A stretch of DNA of 64,000 nt from assembly GCA_963662435.1 (NCBI GenBank), contig OY759598.1, positions 3,070,507 to 3,134,506 on the forward strand, given 5' to 3'. The translations under genes were made by a program, and so were the position numbers. The notes below the pieces were generated by a model that saw only the letters and a program-made list of their open reading frames with translations, did not search any database and had not been told where the DNA came from. This stretch comes from Dehalococcoidia bacterium (GTDB lineage: Bacteria; Chloroflexota; Dehalococcoidia; Lucifugimonadales; VXLM01). Shown here one piece after another: positions 56,335 to 64,000 of this stretch; within the stretch, counting starts at the first letter, position 1; every line of letters begins with the position of its first letter.

Positions 56335-58239
56335 ATGGCAGTAACCTTGCAGGAAGCCGACGAGCTCAGACGGGAGACTAAATCTCTGCGGAAGCGCCTC
56401 CTCAGCGCGGAAGCGGAGAAGCGTCGATTGACGGTGCTGGTGGAGTCGTCGCCCGTGGGCGTCATGGTTGTCGACGCCGAGACGAGGACCTTCGCGTCGG
56501 TCAACAAGGAAGCTGAGCGCATCCTCGGCATGTCCCCGGAACCGGGCTCTACGCTCGTGCGCTATCACGAACTGGCGATCTACAACCGGACGGACGGGAA
56601 GCCGTACGAAGACGATGAACGCCCGCTGGCGAGGGCCCTCGGCCGCGGTGAGGTCGTGCGGGCGGAAGAGATTCTGCTGAATCGCCCGGACGGGCGGACG
56701 CTGACCATCCTCGTCAATGCGACGTCGATCCACTCGGATGACGGACACATCGTTTCCGCTGTCGCCGTGATCCAGGACATGACCCCCTTAGAAGAGATGG
56801 AGCGCATGCGCAATGATTTCCTCGCCATGGTGAGCCACGAGCTTCGAGGACCGCTGACTACCATCAAGGGCTCCGCCGCAACCGTGCTGAGCACCACAAG
56901 GCCCTTCAGCCCCACGGAAACTCGCTCCTTCTTCCACACCATCGACCAGCAGGCCGATCTGCTGAGCGATCTCGTGAGCAACCTTCTGGACGTGACCAGG
57001 ATAGAGGCCGGAGCGCTGGAGGTGGACCTCAAGCCGACGGACGTGAATGACCTGGTCGAAGAGGCGGTAAACTCATTCCTGCAGGGCGGGTCGCGACTAA
57101 CCGTTCAGGTCGATCTGCCGCCCGATCTTCCACCGATCTGGGCGGATTCGCAGCGAGTGGCTCAGGTCTTGAACAACCTCCTCTCCAACGCGTCGAAGTA
57201 TTCTCCCGCGACCTCGCCCATCAGGGTGACCGCGTCGCTGCAGGAACCCTACCTGGCCGTTTCCGTAATGGACGAAGGGGAGGGAGTGACGGCAGACCAA
57301 CTGCCCCGGCTCTTCAGGAAGTTCTCAAGGGTCGGTCTCAAGGAAGTCCAAGAGAACGTTGAGGGACACGGCTTGGGCCTCGCCATCTGCAAGGGAATCG
57401 TCGAGGCGCACGGAGGCCGCATATGGGGCGAGAGTCGAGGCGAAGGGACCGGAGCGCGCTTCACCTTCACGATTCCCATCGCTCCCGATGCGGAAGAGGA
57501 GTTGCCAGATTCGTCCACTCCCCGAAGCAGGATGACGAGCACGGGTGAGCAGACGCGAGTACTCTCGATAGACGACGATCCCCAGATACTTCGGTACATT
57601 CGGAACACCCTCACAGACGCCGGGTATCTCCCCATTGCGATCGGCAACCCCAATGAGATGCTCCACCTCTTGGAGCTCGAGCGGCCTCACCTCGTGCTGC
57701 TCGACGTGAAGCTGCCCGGCACCAGCGGGTTCGAGCTTCTGAAGAGTCTCCGCGAGATATCCGAGGTCCCTGTGATCTTCCTGTCCGGCAGCGGTGGGGA
57801 AGAGAGCGTAGAGCGCGCGCTCAAAATGGGAGCATCCGACTACATCACCAAGCCCTTCTCCCCGACGGAGCTGATCGTGAGAATCGAAACGGCTCTGCGA
57901 AAGGGGACGGGCAGCGCGGTGGATGAAGAACGAGAACCCTACCGGACCGGAGACCTGACAATCGACTATTCAAGTCGCAATGTGACGGTTGGGAACAGTT
58001 CCGTGCAACTAACCGCTACGGAGTACAAGGTGCTCTTCGAGCTGTCCGTTAACGCCGGGCGCGTGCTGACCCATGAACAGATACTGCAAAGAGTCTGGGG
58101 AGCCGAATACAAAAGTGATGAAGGACACCACGTGCGCGTCGTCATTGCTAGGCTGCGTCATAAACTCGGAGACGACGCCAAGGATCCGCAGTACATCTTC
58201 ACCGAACCCCGCGTCGGCTACCGCATGCCTAAGCCGTAG
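56335..58239 (+). CDS. Soluble hybrid kinase-regulator (PAS-HisKA-HATPase-REC-OmpR winged helix)
   Basis: SHELRGPL, NLLSNASK, GLGL, IDDD...LLDVKLP...KPF, LTATEY...LRHKLGDD...GYRM; no TM segment. Confidence 0.92.
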   Translation: MAVTLQEADELRRETKSLRKRLLSAEAEKRRLTVLVESSPVGVMVVDAETRTFASVNKEAERILGMSPEPGSTLVRYHELAIYNRTDGKPYEDDERPLARALGRGEVVRAEEILLNRPDGRTLTILVNATSIHSDDGHIVSAVAVIQDMTPLEEMERMRNDFLAMVSHELRGPLTTIKGSAATVLSTTRPFSPTETRSFFHTIDQQADLLSDLVSNLLDVTRIEAGALEVDLKPTDVNDLVEEAVNSFLQGGSRLTVQVDLPPDLPPIWADSQRVAQVLNNLLSNASKYSPATSPIRVTASLQEPYLAVSVMDEGEGVTADQLPRLFRKFSRVGLKEVQENVEGHGLGLAICKGIVEAHGGRIWGESRGEGTGARFTFTIPIAPDAEEELPDSSTPRSRMTSTGEQTRVLSIDDDPQILRYIRNTLTDAGYLPIAIGNPNEMLHLLELERPHLVLLDVKLPGTSGFELLKSLREISEVPVIFLSGSGGEESVERALKMGASDYITKPFSPTELIVRIETALRKGTGSAVDEEREPYRTGDLTIDYSSRNVTVGNSSVQLTATEYKVLFELSVNAGRVLTHEQILQRVWGAEYKSDEGHHVRVVIARLRHKLGDDAKDPQYIFTEPRVGYRMPKP

Positions 58240-58381
58240 CCCGCTGCGAGTGCCTACTAGCCCTACCTCTCGCCTAACCCTTTCAGCCCCTTCCCCGTTT
58301 ACTCTAATATGAACATCGGGGCGTGCCCGCATGATCGCCGCGCGCCGCCCTACATCCTGTCAGAGGAGTCTCCCAGTGACC

Positions 58382-59377
58382 ATGATGGACCTTGCGGGCG
58401 TACGCCAGATAAACGAGATGGTGGAGAAGGAGGCGCCGTTCGTCCACGACCTCGTGGCCGAGATACGGAAGACTATCATCGGCCAGGACAGGCTCGTCGA
58501 ACGCGCCTTGGTCGGACTGCTTGCCGACGGGCACATCCTGCTGGAGGGAGTGCCGGGCCTCGCGAAGACGCTCTTGGTCAAGACAATCGGCGAGGCGATA
58601 CACGGCGGTTTCTCCCGTATCCAGTTCACCCCCGACCTTCTGCCCGGTGACCTCATCGGGACCCAGATATACAACCCTCGCACCAGCGAGTTCAGCGTTC
58701 GCAAGGGTCCTATCTTCGCGAACCTGGTCCTCGCCGACGAGGTGAACCGCGCCCCCGCCAAGGTGCAGAGCGCGCTGCTCGAAGCGATGCAGGAAGGACA
58801 GGTCACCATAGGGGACGAGACCTATCCCATCGACCCGCCATTCCTCGTACTGGCTACGCAGAACCCCATCGAGCAGGAGGGCACCTACCCCTTGCCTGAG
58901 GCACAGGTCGACCGATTCATGCTCAAGGTCGTCGTTGACTATCCGGAGCGTTCGGAGGAGCGGGAGATCATCGACCGCATAACCGCAGGGCCCCTGCCGG
59001 AGGTGAGTCCGGTCATAGACCCGCAGTACATCCTGAACGCGCGGGACATCGTGCGTCAGGTCTACGTCGACGAGAAGATCAAGGACTACGTGCTCGACCT
59101 CGTGGTGGCCACGCGCGACCCGAGCCTGGCGGGACTCGACGAGATTGGCAACCTGATCTCGTACGGGGCCTCGCCGCGCGCGGGAATCTACCTGATCTCG
59201 GCGGCGAGAGCGCATGCGTTCCTCAAGGGACGCGGCTACGTCACGCCGGACGACATCAAGCAGCTTGCGCCGGACATCTTGAGGCACCGCGTGATCACCA
59301 CATTCGAGGCCGAGGCCCAGGAGGTCACCTCCGCCGAGATCGTCCAGCGCATCCTCGACAACGTCGAAGTACCTTAG
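58382..59377 (+). CDS. moxR: MoxR family AAA+ ATPase
   Basis: LEGVPGLAKT, RIQFTPDLLP, LADEVNRAPAKVQSALLEAM, ATQNPIEQEGTYPLPEAQ-DRF. Confidence 0.96.
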   Translation: MMDLAGVRQINEMVEKEAPFVHDLVAEIRKTIIGQDRLVERALVGLLADGHILLEGVPGLAKTLLVKTIGEAIHGGFSRIQFTPDLLPGDLIGTQIYNPRTSEFSVRKGPIFANLVLADEVNRAPAKVQSALLEAMQEGQVTIGDETYPIDPPFLVLATQNPIEQEGTYPLPEAQVDRFMLKVVVDYPERSEEREIIDRITAGPLPEVSPVIDPQYILNARDIVRQVYVDEKIKDYVLDLVVATRDPSLAGLDEIGNLISYGASPRAGIYLISAARAHAFLKGRGYVTPDDIKQLAPDILRHRVITTFEAEAQEVTSAEIVQRILDNVEVP

Positions 59378-59505
59378 GTGCTTGAAAGCCGTTCGTGGCG
59401 AGCCTGTCAATGACGTTCGTGGTGAGCCTGTCGAACCATGAACAGCCCTTAGACAAGCTCAGGGCGAACGGACGGTGTTACACGGAGACTCCAATTGGAC
59501 TCAAC

Positions 59506-60399
59506 ATGCTGACCAACGAGTTGATCGCCAAGATCCGACGCATCGAGATCACGACTCGCAAGCTCGTGAACGACACTTTCGCCGGCGAGTACCATTCGGT
59601 ATTCAAGGGCCGGGGGATGGAGTTCAACGAGGTGCGCCAGTACCACCCCGGAGACGACGTGCGCACAATCGACTGGAACGTGACGGCCCGCACAGGCGAG
59701 CCGCACATCAAGAGCTACTCCGAGGAGAGAGAGCTCACCGTCATGCTCGTGGTCGACGCGAGCCGCTCCGGCGAGTTCGGCACAAAGAACCGCTTCAAGC
59801 GTGAGCTTGCCGCCGAGCTTGCAGCGGTGATGTCCTTCGCTGCGACGACCAACAACGACAAGGTCGGCCTCCTGGTATTCACCGACAGGGTCGAGCTGCT
59901 CATCCCTCCCCGCAAGGGTCGAAGCCACGTCCTCCGCATGGTGCGCGACCTCCTGGTGTTCCAGCCTGAGGGGACGGGCACCGACATTCGCCTCGCACTC
60001 GATACGATCAACGTGCTCCTAAAGCGGCGCAGCATAGTCTTCGTCATCTCCGACTTCCTCACCGACCCGGAATCGTACCGTCGGGCTCTCTACGCCACGA
60101 GCAGGCGGCACGACGTCGTGGCGTTCGATATCGACGACCCATTGGAGCGGGAGATTGCCGACGTGGGCATCATCGCCCTGGAGGACGCCGAGACCGGAAT
60201 GCTCCGTTGGGTCGATACCAGCAGCAGGGCTTGGCGACGTATGTTCTCCGGGCGGGTCGCCAATTTCGTTGAGGGCAAGATAGAGGTCTTCAACGCTGCG
60301 GGAGTCGACCGCATAAACGTCATGACCGACAAGGACTACGTCGCCGAAGTCGCGACGTTCTTCAAGAACCGGATGCGCAGACTCTCACGGGGAGTGTAG
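59506..60399 (+). CDS. DUF58 domain protein
   Basis: KGRGMEF-EVR-Y-PGDDVR-IDWNVTAR, EERE, D-S-S, ISDF. Confidence 0.93.
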   Translation: MLTNELIAKIRRIEITTRKLVNDTFAGEYHSVFKGRGMEFNEVRQYHPGDDVRTIDWNVTARTGEPHIKSYSEERELTVMLVVDASRSGEFGTKNRFKRELAAELAAVMSFAATTNNDKVGLLVFTDRVELLIPPRKGRSHVLRMVRDLLVFQPEGTGTDIRLALDTINVLLKRRSIVFVISDFLTDPESYRRALYATSRRHDVVAFDIDDPLEREIADVGIIALEDAETGMLRWVDTSSRAWRRMFSGRVANFVEGKIEVFNAAGVDRINVMTDKDYVAEVATFFKNRMRRLSRGV

Positions 60400-60510
60400 G
60401 ACCATTCCCCAAGACCCGCTAACTTCATCATTCCCACAAAAGGAGACCTTCGCAAGACCACCGTCATTCCCGCGAAGGCGGGAATCCATAACCATTCAAT
60501 CAGCGATTTC

Positions 60511-61581
60511 ATGATGACCCAACATCGAACGAATACAGCATCCCCTGTGAGAAGCCGGGGCCTCCGCCTCTGCCTCCTCCTCCTCGCCGCTGCGCTCTTC
60601 GTAGCCGGCGGCTACGGGACGGCCTTCGCCCAAGAGGACATCTTGTCCAACGTCGATATCTCGTTCGAGGCCGATCTTCCCAACGTGAGTTTCGCCGACG
60701 AGGTCACGCTGACGCTCGAAGTCACCTACCCTGACGACTACACTGCAGTGGTGCACAGGCTGCCGGAGAGATGGAGCCCGGAGTTCGAGGTACGCGAGCA
60801 GACGCCGGCCCAGACCGTTTCTAACGGCGACGGCACGAAGACGACGAGCCAGACGATACGAGTAGTGGCGTTTGGGAGAGGCAAGGTTCAGACTCCCGAT
60901 CTGACCATATCCGTGCGAGGCCCCGACGGCACCGTCGATCAGGCGTCCCCCCTTCCGGTGGAAGTAATCGTTGGATCCGTCCTTCCCGGACCGGACGCTG
61001 AGCTGGAAGACATCCGCCCGCAGGCCGATATCTCAACGCCGTTGTTGGAGCAACCGGAATCGCGAGCCGCTGCGGCAGTTATAGCCATCGCCGCCCTGTC
61101 CTTGCTGGGATACCTCCTCTATCGCCGATTCCGAGGTCAAGATGGAGCCGACCTGCAGGTCGTCGATACCCGCACCCCGTGGGAGATCGCCATAGACGAG
61201 CTCGACCGCATCGAGCGCCTCGACCTTCCGGAGGACGGTCGCTTCAAGTTGCATTACACCCTCGTTGCCGACGCCATGCGGATCTATGTTCAGGCGATGT
61301 ACCTCCGCGACGTGAGCCCTATCGACGCCATCGACATGACGACCGACGAGATCGGGACTGCCCTGAGGCGGTCTTCGCTCAACCATGACGACGCTCGGCA
61401 GGTCAATGAACTGCTCCAAGAGGCCGACATCGTGAAATTCGCCAAGTTCACCCCCTCCGTGACTCAGGCGTACGAGGCATCAGGCCAGGCCCGGTATATC
61501 GTCGAGGTCACGAGACCTCAGTTCCAGGAGGAAGAGCCGTCTCAGAACGGGACATATACCCAGCAGGAGGCTCCGGCGTGA
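60511..61581 (+). CDS. BatD-like membrane protein
   Basis: Signal-like N-terminus, Ig-like region, TM, MTT-E and D-VKFA motifs; position in the MoxR-VWA operon. Confidence 0.7.
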   Translation: MMTQHRTNTASPVRSRGLRLCLLLLAAALFVAGGYGTAFAQEDILSNVDISFEADLPNVSFADEVTLTLEVTYPDDYTAVVHRLPERWSPEFEVREQTPAQTVSNGDGTKTTSQTIRVVAFGRGKVQTPDLTISVRGPDGTVDQASPLPVEVIVGSVLPGPDAELEDIRPQADISTPLLEQPESRAAAAVIAIAALSLLGYLLYRRFRGQDGADLQVVDTRTPWEIAIDELDRIERLDLPEDGRFKLHYTLVADAMRIYVQAMYLRDVSPIDAIDMTTDEIGTALRRSSLNHDDARQVNELLQEADIVKFAKFTPSVTQAYEASGQARYIVEVTRPQFQEEEPSQNGTYTQQEAPA

Positions 61582-62582
61582 GCGATCTGAGCTTCGGGAC
61601 GCCGTGGCTGCTGCTCCTGCTCCCAGGGGTAGTTCTCCTTGCCGCCCTCCCATACGTCTGGAAACGGCAGATGGCCCCCGTCGGTATGAGATACGCCGAC
61701 ACGGGACTGGTGTCTGGCACCGGAAGCTCCCTGCGCCTTCGCGTGATGCCGTTTGTCTCTGCCCTGCGCTTTGTGGCCCTCGCCCTCGTAATCCTCGCAG
61801 CCGCCAGGCCGCAGTCCGCCGACGCCCGGGAGGTCATTCGCGGCGAGGGTGTCGACATCGCCATCGCGGTAGATATATCCGGGAGCATGGGCGCGCGTGA
61901 TTTTGACCCGAACAGGTTGGAGGCGGCGAAGGATATCATCGCCGACTTCATCGAGGAGCGAAAGTACGACCGCATCGGCCTCGTGGTGTTCTCACTCAAC
62001 GCCTTCGTTCAGAGTCCACCCACGCTCGACCACAAGGTCCTCCTCAGGTTGCTCGACGAGGTTGACCTCGCCGATAGATTGCGCTTGGAAGACGGAACGG
62101 CCGTCGGCGACGGCTTGGCTACGGCCGCAAATATGCTCAAGGACTCCCCGGTCGAGAACAAGCTCGTGACCCTGCTCACGGACGGCGTCAACAACGCCGG
62201 CGACTTTGATCCCGTGACCGTCGCCACCGCAGCCGAAGCCCTCGACATCAAGGTCTATACCATCGGGATGGGCCGACCGAGCCGCTCTGCCGACCCGCAA
62301 CTTGGCCCCTTCGGTGGAGGCGTCGTTATGCAGAACGCCAACCTTGACGAGGAGACACTCCAGCAAATCGCGACCATCACCGATGCCAAGTACTACCGCG
62401 CAACGGACACCGAAGCGCTCCGTGGCATCTATGACGAGATCAACGCCCTGGAGAAGTCGGAGATTGAGGTCCTCCACTTCACCAGCTACCGAGAGCTCGC
62501 GGGCTGGTTTCTGATACCCGCCCTTCTGGTCTTCCTTCTGGAACTGGTCCTATCCCAAACCGTTTTCCGAAAGATACCGTAG
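61578..62582 (+). CDS. BatA-like VWA domain membrane protein
   Basis: ARPQ, DISGSM MIDAS, DRIGLVVF, GTAVGDG, LLTDG. Confidence 0.9.
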   Translation: MSDLSFGTPWLLLLLPGVVLLAALPYVWKRQMAPVGMRYADTGLVSGTGSSLRLRVMPFVSALRFVALALVILAAARPQSADAREVIRGEGVDIAIAVDISGSMGARDFDPNRLEAAKDIIADFIEERKYDRIGLVVFSLNAFVQSPPTLDHKVLLRLLDEVDLADRLRLEDGTAVGDGLATAANMLKDSPVENKLVTLLTDGVNNAGDFDPVTVATAAEALDIKVYTIGMGRPSRSADPQLGPFGGGVVMQNANLDEETLQQIATITDAKYYRATDTEALRGIYDEINALEKSEIEVLHFTSYRELAGWFLIPALLVFLLELVLSQTVFRKIP

Positions 62583-62777
62583 GCCAATGGCAATGCGTTC
62601 TCACTTCACCATGAGTTCTCCTGTGACCCATTCCCAATGCTGTGTCCCAACTATTGCCGGAACGCCTAAATCAGGCCAGTCCGTTCGTGCTGAGCCTGCA
62701 AAGGCGCGAGAGCGCAGCACTCTCTTCTTTCTAAGCTCACCCAGCACCCAACACCAAGCACCCAGAACCCACAACCC

Positions 62778-63824
62778 ATGACCTTCGCATCTCCACAATA
62801 CCTATATGCCCTGGTCGCCCTTCCCGCGCTGATGGCCTTCGTCTGGTGGGCCTTCTCCCGTCGGGCCGCTACGGTGCGGCGAATCGGCGACCCGGCCCTC
62901 ATCGAACGGCTCAGTCTGGCCGTCAACCGGGGGATGCGAAGACGCCGACTCGTCCTGTGGTTTATCGGTATCGCCCTCATCATCCTCGCCTTGGCCCGCC
63001 CGCAGTGGGGCAGCGACGTTCAGATCGTCGAGCAGCGCGGCGTGCAGGTTATGGTCGCGCTCGATATATCGCTCAGCATGCTGGCCCAGGACCTGAAGCC
63101 TTCCCGCCTCGAACGTGCAAAGCTTGAGATTTCCGACATGATGTCGAAGCTCACCGGCGACGAGGTGGGCATCGTCCTGTTCTCCGGCTCCAGCTTCATC
63201 CAGTTCCCCATGACGTTTGACTACGCGACCGCTCGGACCTACCTCCGCCACGCAAACCCATCGATAATCTCACGGCAGGGCACCGTCATTGAAAAGGCCA
63301 TTCGGACCTCCCTGACCGGATTCAGCGAAGAGCGCACAAGCCAGAAGATCATCGTTGTCATGACGGACGGAGAGAACCACGAAGGCGATCCCGTTGCGGC
63401 GGCACAGGAGGCCCGGGAGCAAGGCGCTGTCGTATACACCGTAGGCTTCGGTTCGCCGGAGGGCGAGCCGCTCCCCATATTCGATCTGTGGGGCAACGTC
63501 TCAGGCTACCGGGAGGACGACCAAGGCCAGGTAATCCTATCCAGGCTGGATGAGGCTACCCTGCAGCAGGTCGCCGACGCAGGCGGCGGTAAGTACTTCC
63601 GGGCTGTCGATCGCGGTGCCGTCGAGGGACTGGTTGACGAGATAGAGTCATTCCAGGATGAGAGCTTCCAGAGCGAGTTCAACCGCACCAAGATCGAGCG
63701 GTTCCAGATCTTCCTCCTTGCTGGCATCCTCTCGCTCGTTCTGGCCGAGATCATGTCAGACAGGCTCTCTATCTCGCTCTGGAGACGTCGCCCGTCCGCC
63801 GTCGAGGAGGCGGGCCATGCGTAA
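62778..63824 (+). CDS. BatB-like VWA domain membrane protein
   Basis: ARPQWG, DISLSM, P-RLERAK, TDGENH. Confidence 0.9.
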   Translation: MTFASPQYLYALVALPALMAFVWWAFSRRAATVRRIGDPALIERLSLAVNRGMRRRRLVLWFIGIALIILALARPQWGSDVQIVEQRGVQVMVALDISLSMLAQDLKPSRLERAKLEISDMMSKLTGDEVGIVLFSGSSFIQFPMTFDYATARTYLRHANPSIISRQGTVIEKAIRTSLTGFSEERTSQKIIVVMTDGENHEGDPVAAAQEAREQGAVVYTVGFGSPEGEPLPIFDLWGNVSGYREDDQGQVILSRLDEATLQQVADAGGGKYFRAVDRGAVEGLVDEIESFQDESFQSEFNRTKIERFQIFLLAGILSLVLAEIMSDRLSISLWRRRPSAVEEAGHA

Positions 63825-64000
63825 TCGAGGGGACGCGAGACTAGCGTTTAGTCTCTCCCCCGCCGGGGGAGAGATACAGAGAGGGGGCGCGGGAAGTTAT
63901 TCCAGGGCCGCCAAACAGCTCTTGGCTGCCGCGACTGCACTCGCCCTGCTCCTTCTCGCCTGCACCCAGACCCCCGCGGACGTCAACAACGCAGGACATG
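63817..64000 (+). CDS. Lipoprotein, probably BatC/TPR-like (3' partial)
   Basis: ATG after GAGGAGG overlapping the BatB stop; frame is open to the window end; lipobox LLLLA|C; identity inferred from operon position. Confidence 0.6.
   Translation, partial: MRNRGDARLAFSLSPAGGEIQRGGAGSYSRAAKQLLAAATALALLLLACTQTPADVNNAGH

Noticed and set aside
55963..56748. 662-aa version of lipoprotein C
   Set aside because: The extension is antisense to the hybrid kinase; the signal peptide and RBS define the start at 55962.
1..64000. tRNA, rRNA, riboswitch, prophage or integron features
   Set aside because: None recognised by eye; tRNAscan-SE and Infernal/Rfam searches would be needed to exclude divergent RNAs.

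Overview
A 64 kb high-GC bacterial chromosomal segment, with no rRNA, tRNA or CRISPR array recognised. Gene content suggests Chloroflexota/Dehalococcoidia, SAR202-like and possibly host- or sponge-associated; this is an inference. The supporting genes are a reductive-dehalogenase-like Fe-S protein, paralogous enolase, Gfo/Idh/MocA, SDR, phosphotriesterase, PhyH and GH-like TIM-barrel enzymes, Pro/Ala-stalked ABC solute-binding lipoproteins, a CCG-anchored sdhAB complex and a MoxR-Bat operon. Intergenic DNA is crowded with several REP-like palindrome families and small MITE-like elements. Main observations: (1) A complete IS110 element (10838-12286) whose 5' non-coding end carries readable bridge-RNA guides matching its own target and donor junctions; its empty target site itself resembles an IS110 donor junction. 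(2) A tandem array of three uncharacterised lipoproteins with a shared promoter, 20-bp palindrome and signal-peptide module, mosaic bodies and an unfamiliar helical repeat. (3) A type IIG restriction-modification gene bracketed by ~130-bp direct repeats with 10-bp-phased ATGCGAC heptamers. (4) A GH-like gene between two copies of the 3' end of a paralogous neighbour. (5) A palindromic repeat read in frame within the N-terminus of a BatC-like lipoprotein. All calls come from reading the sequence and motifs; no database searches were run.
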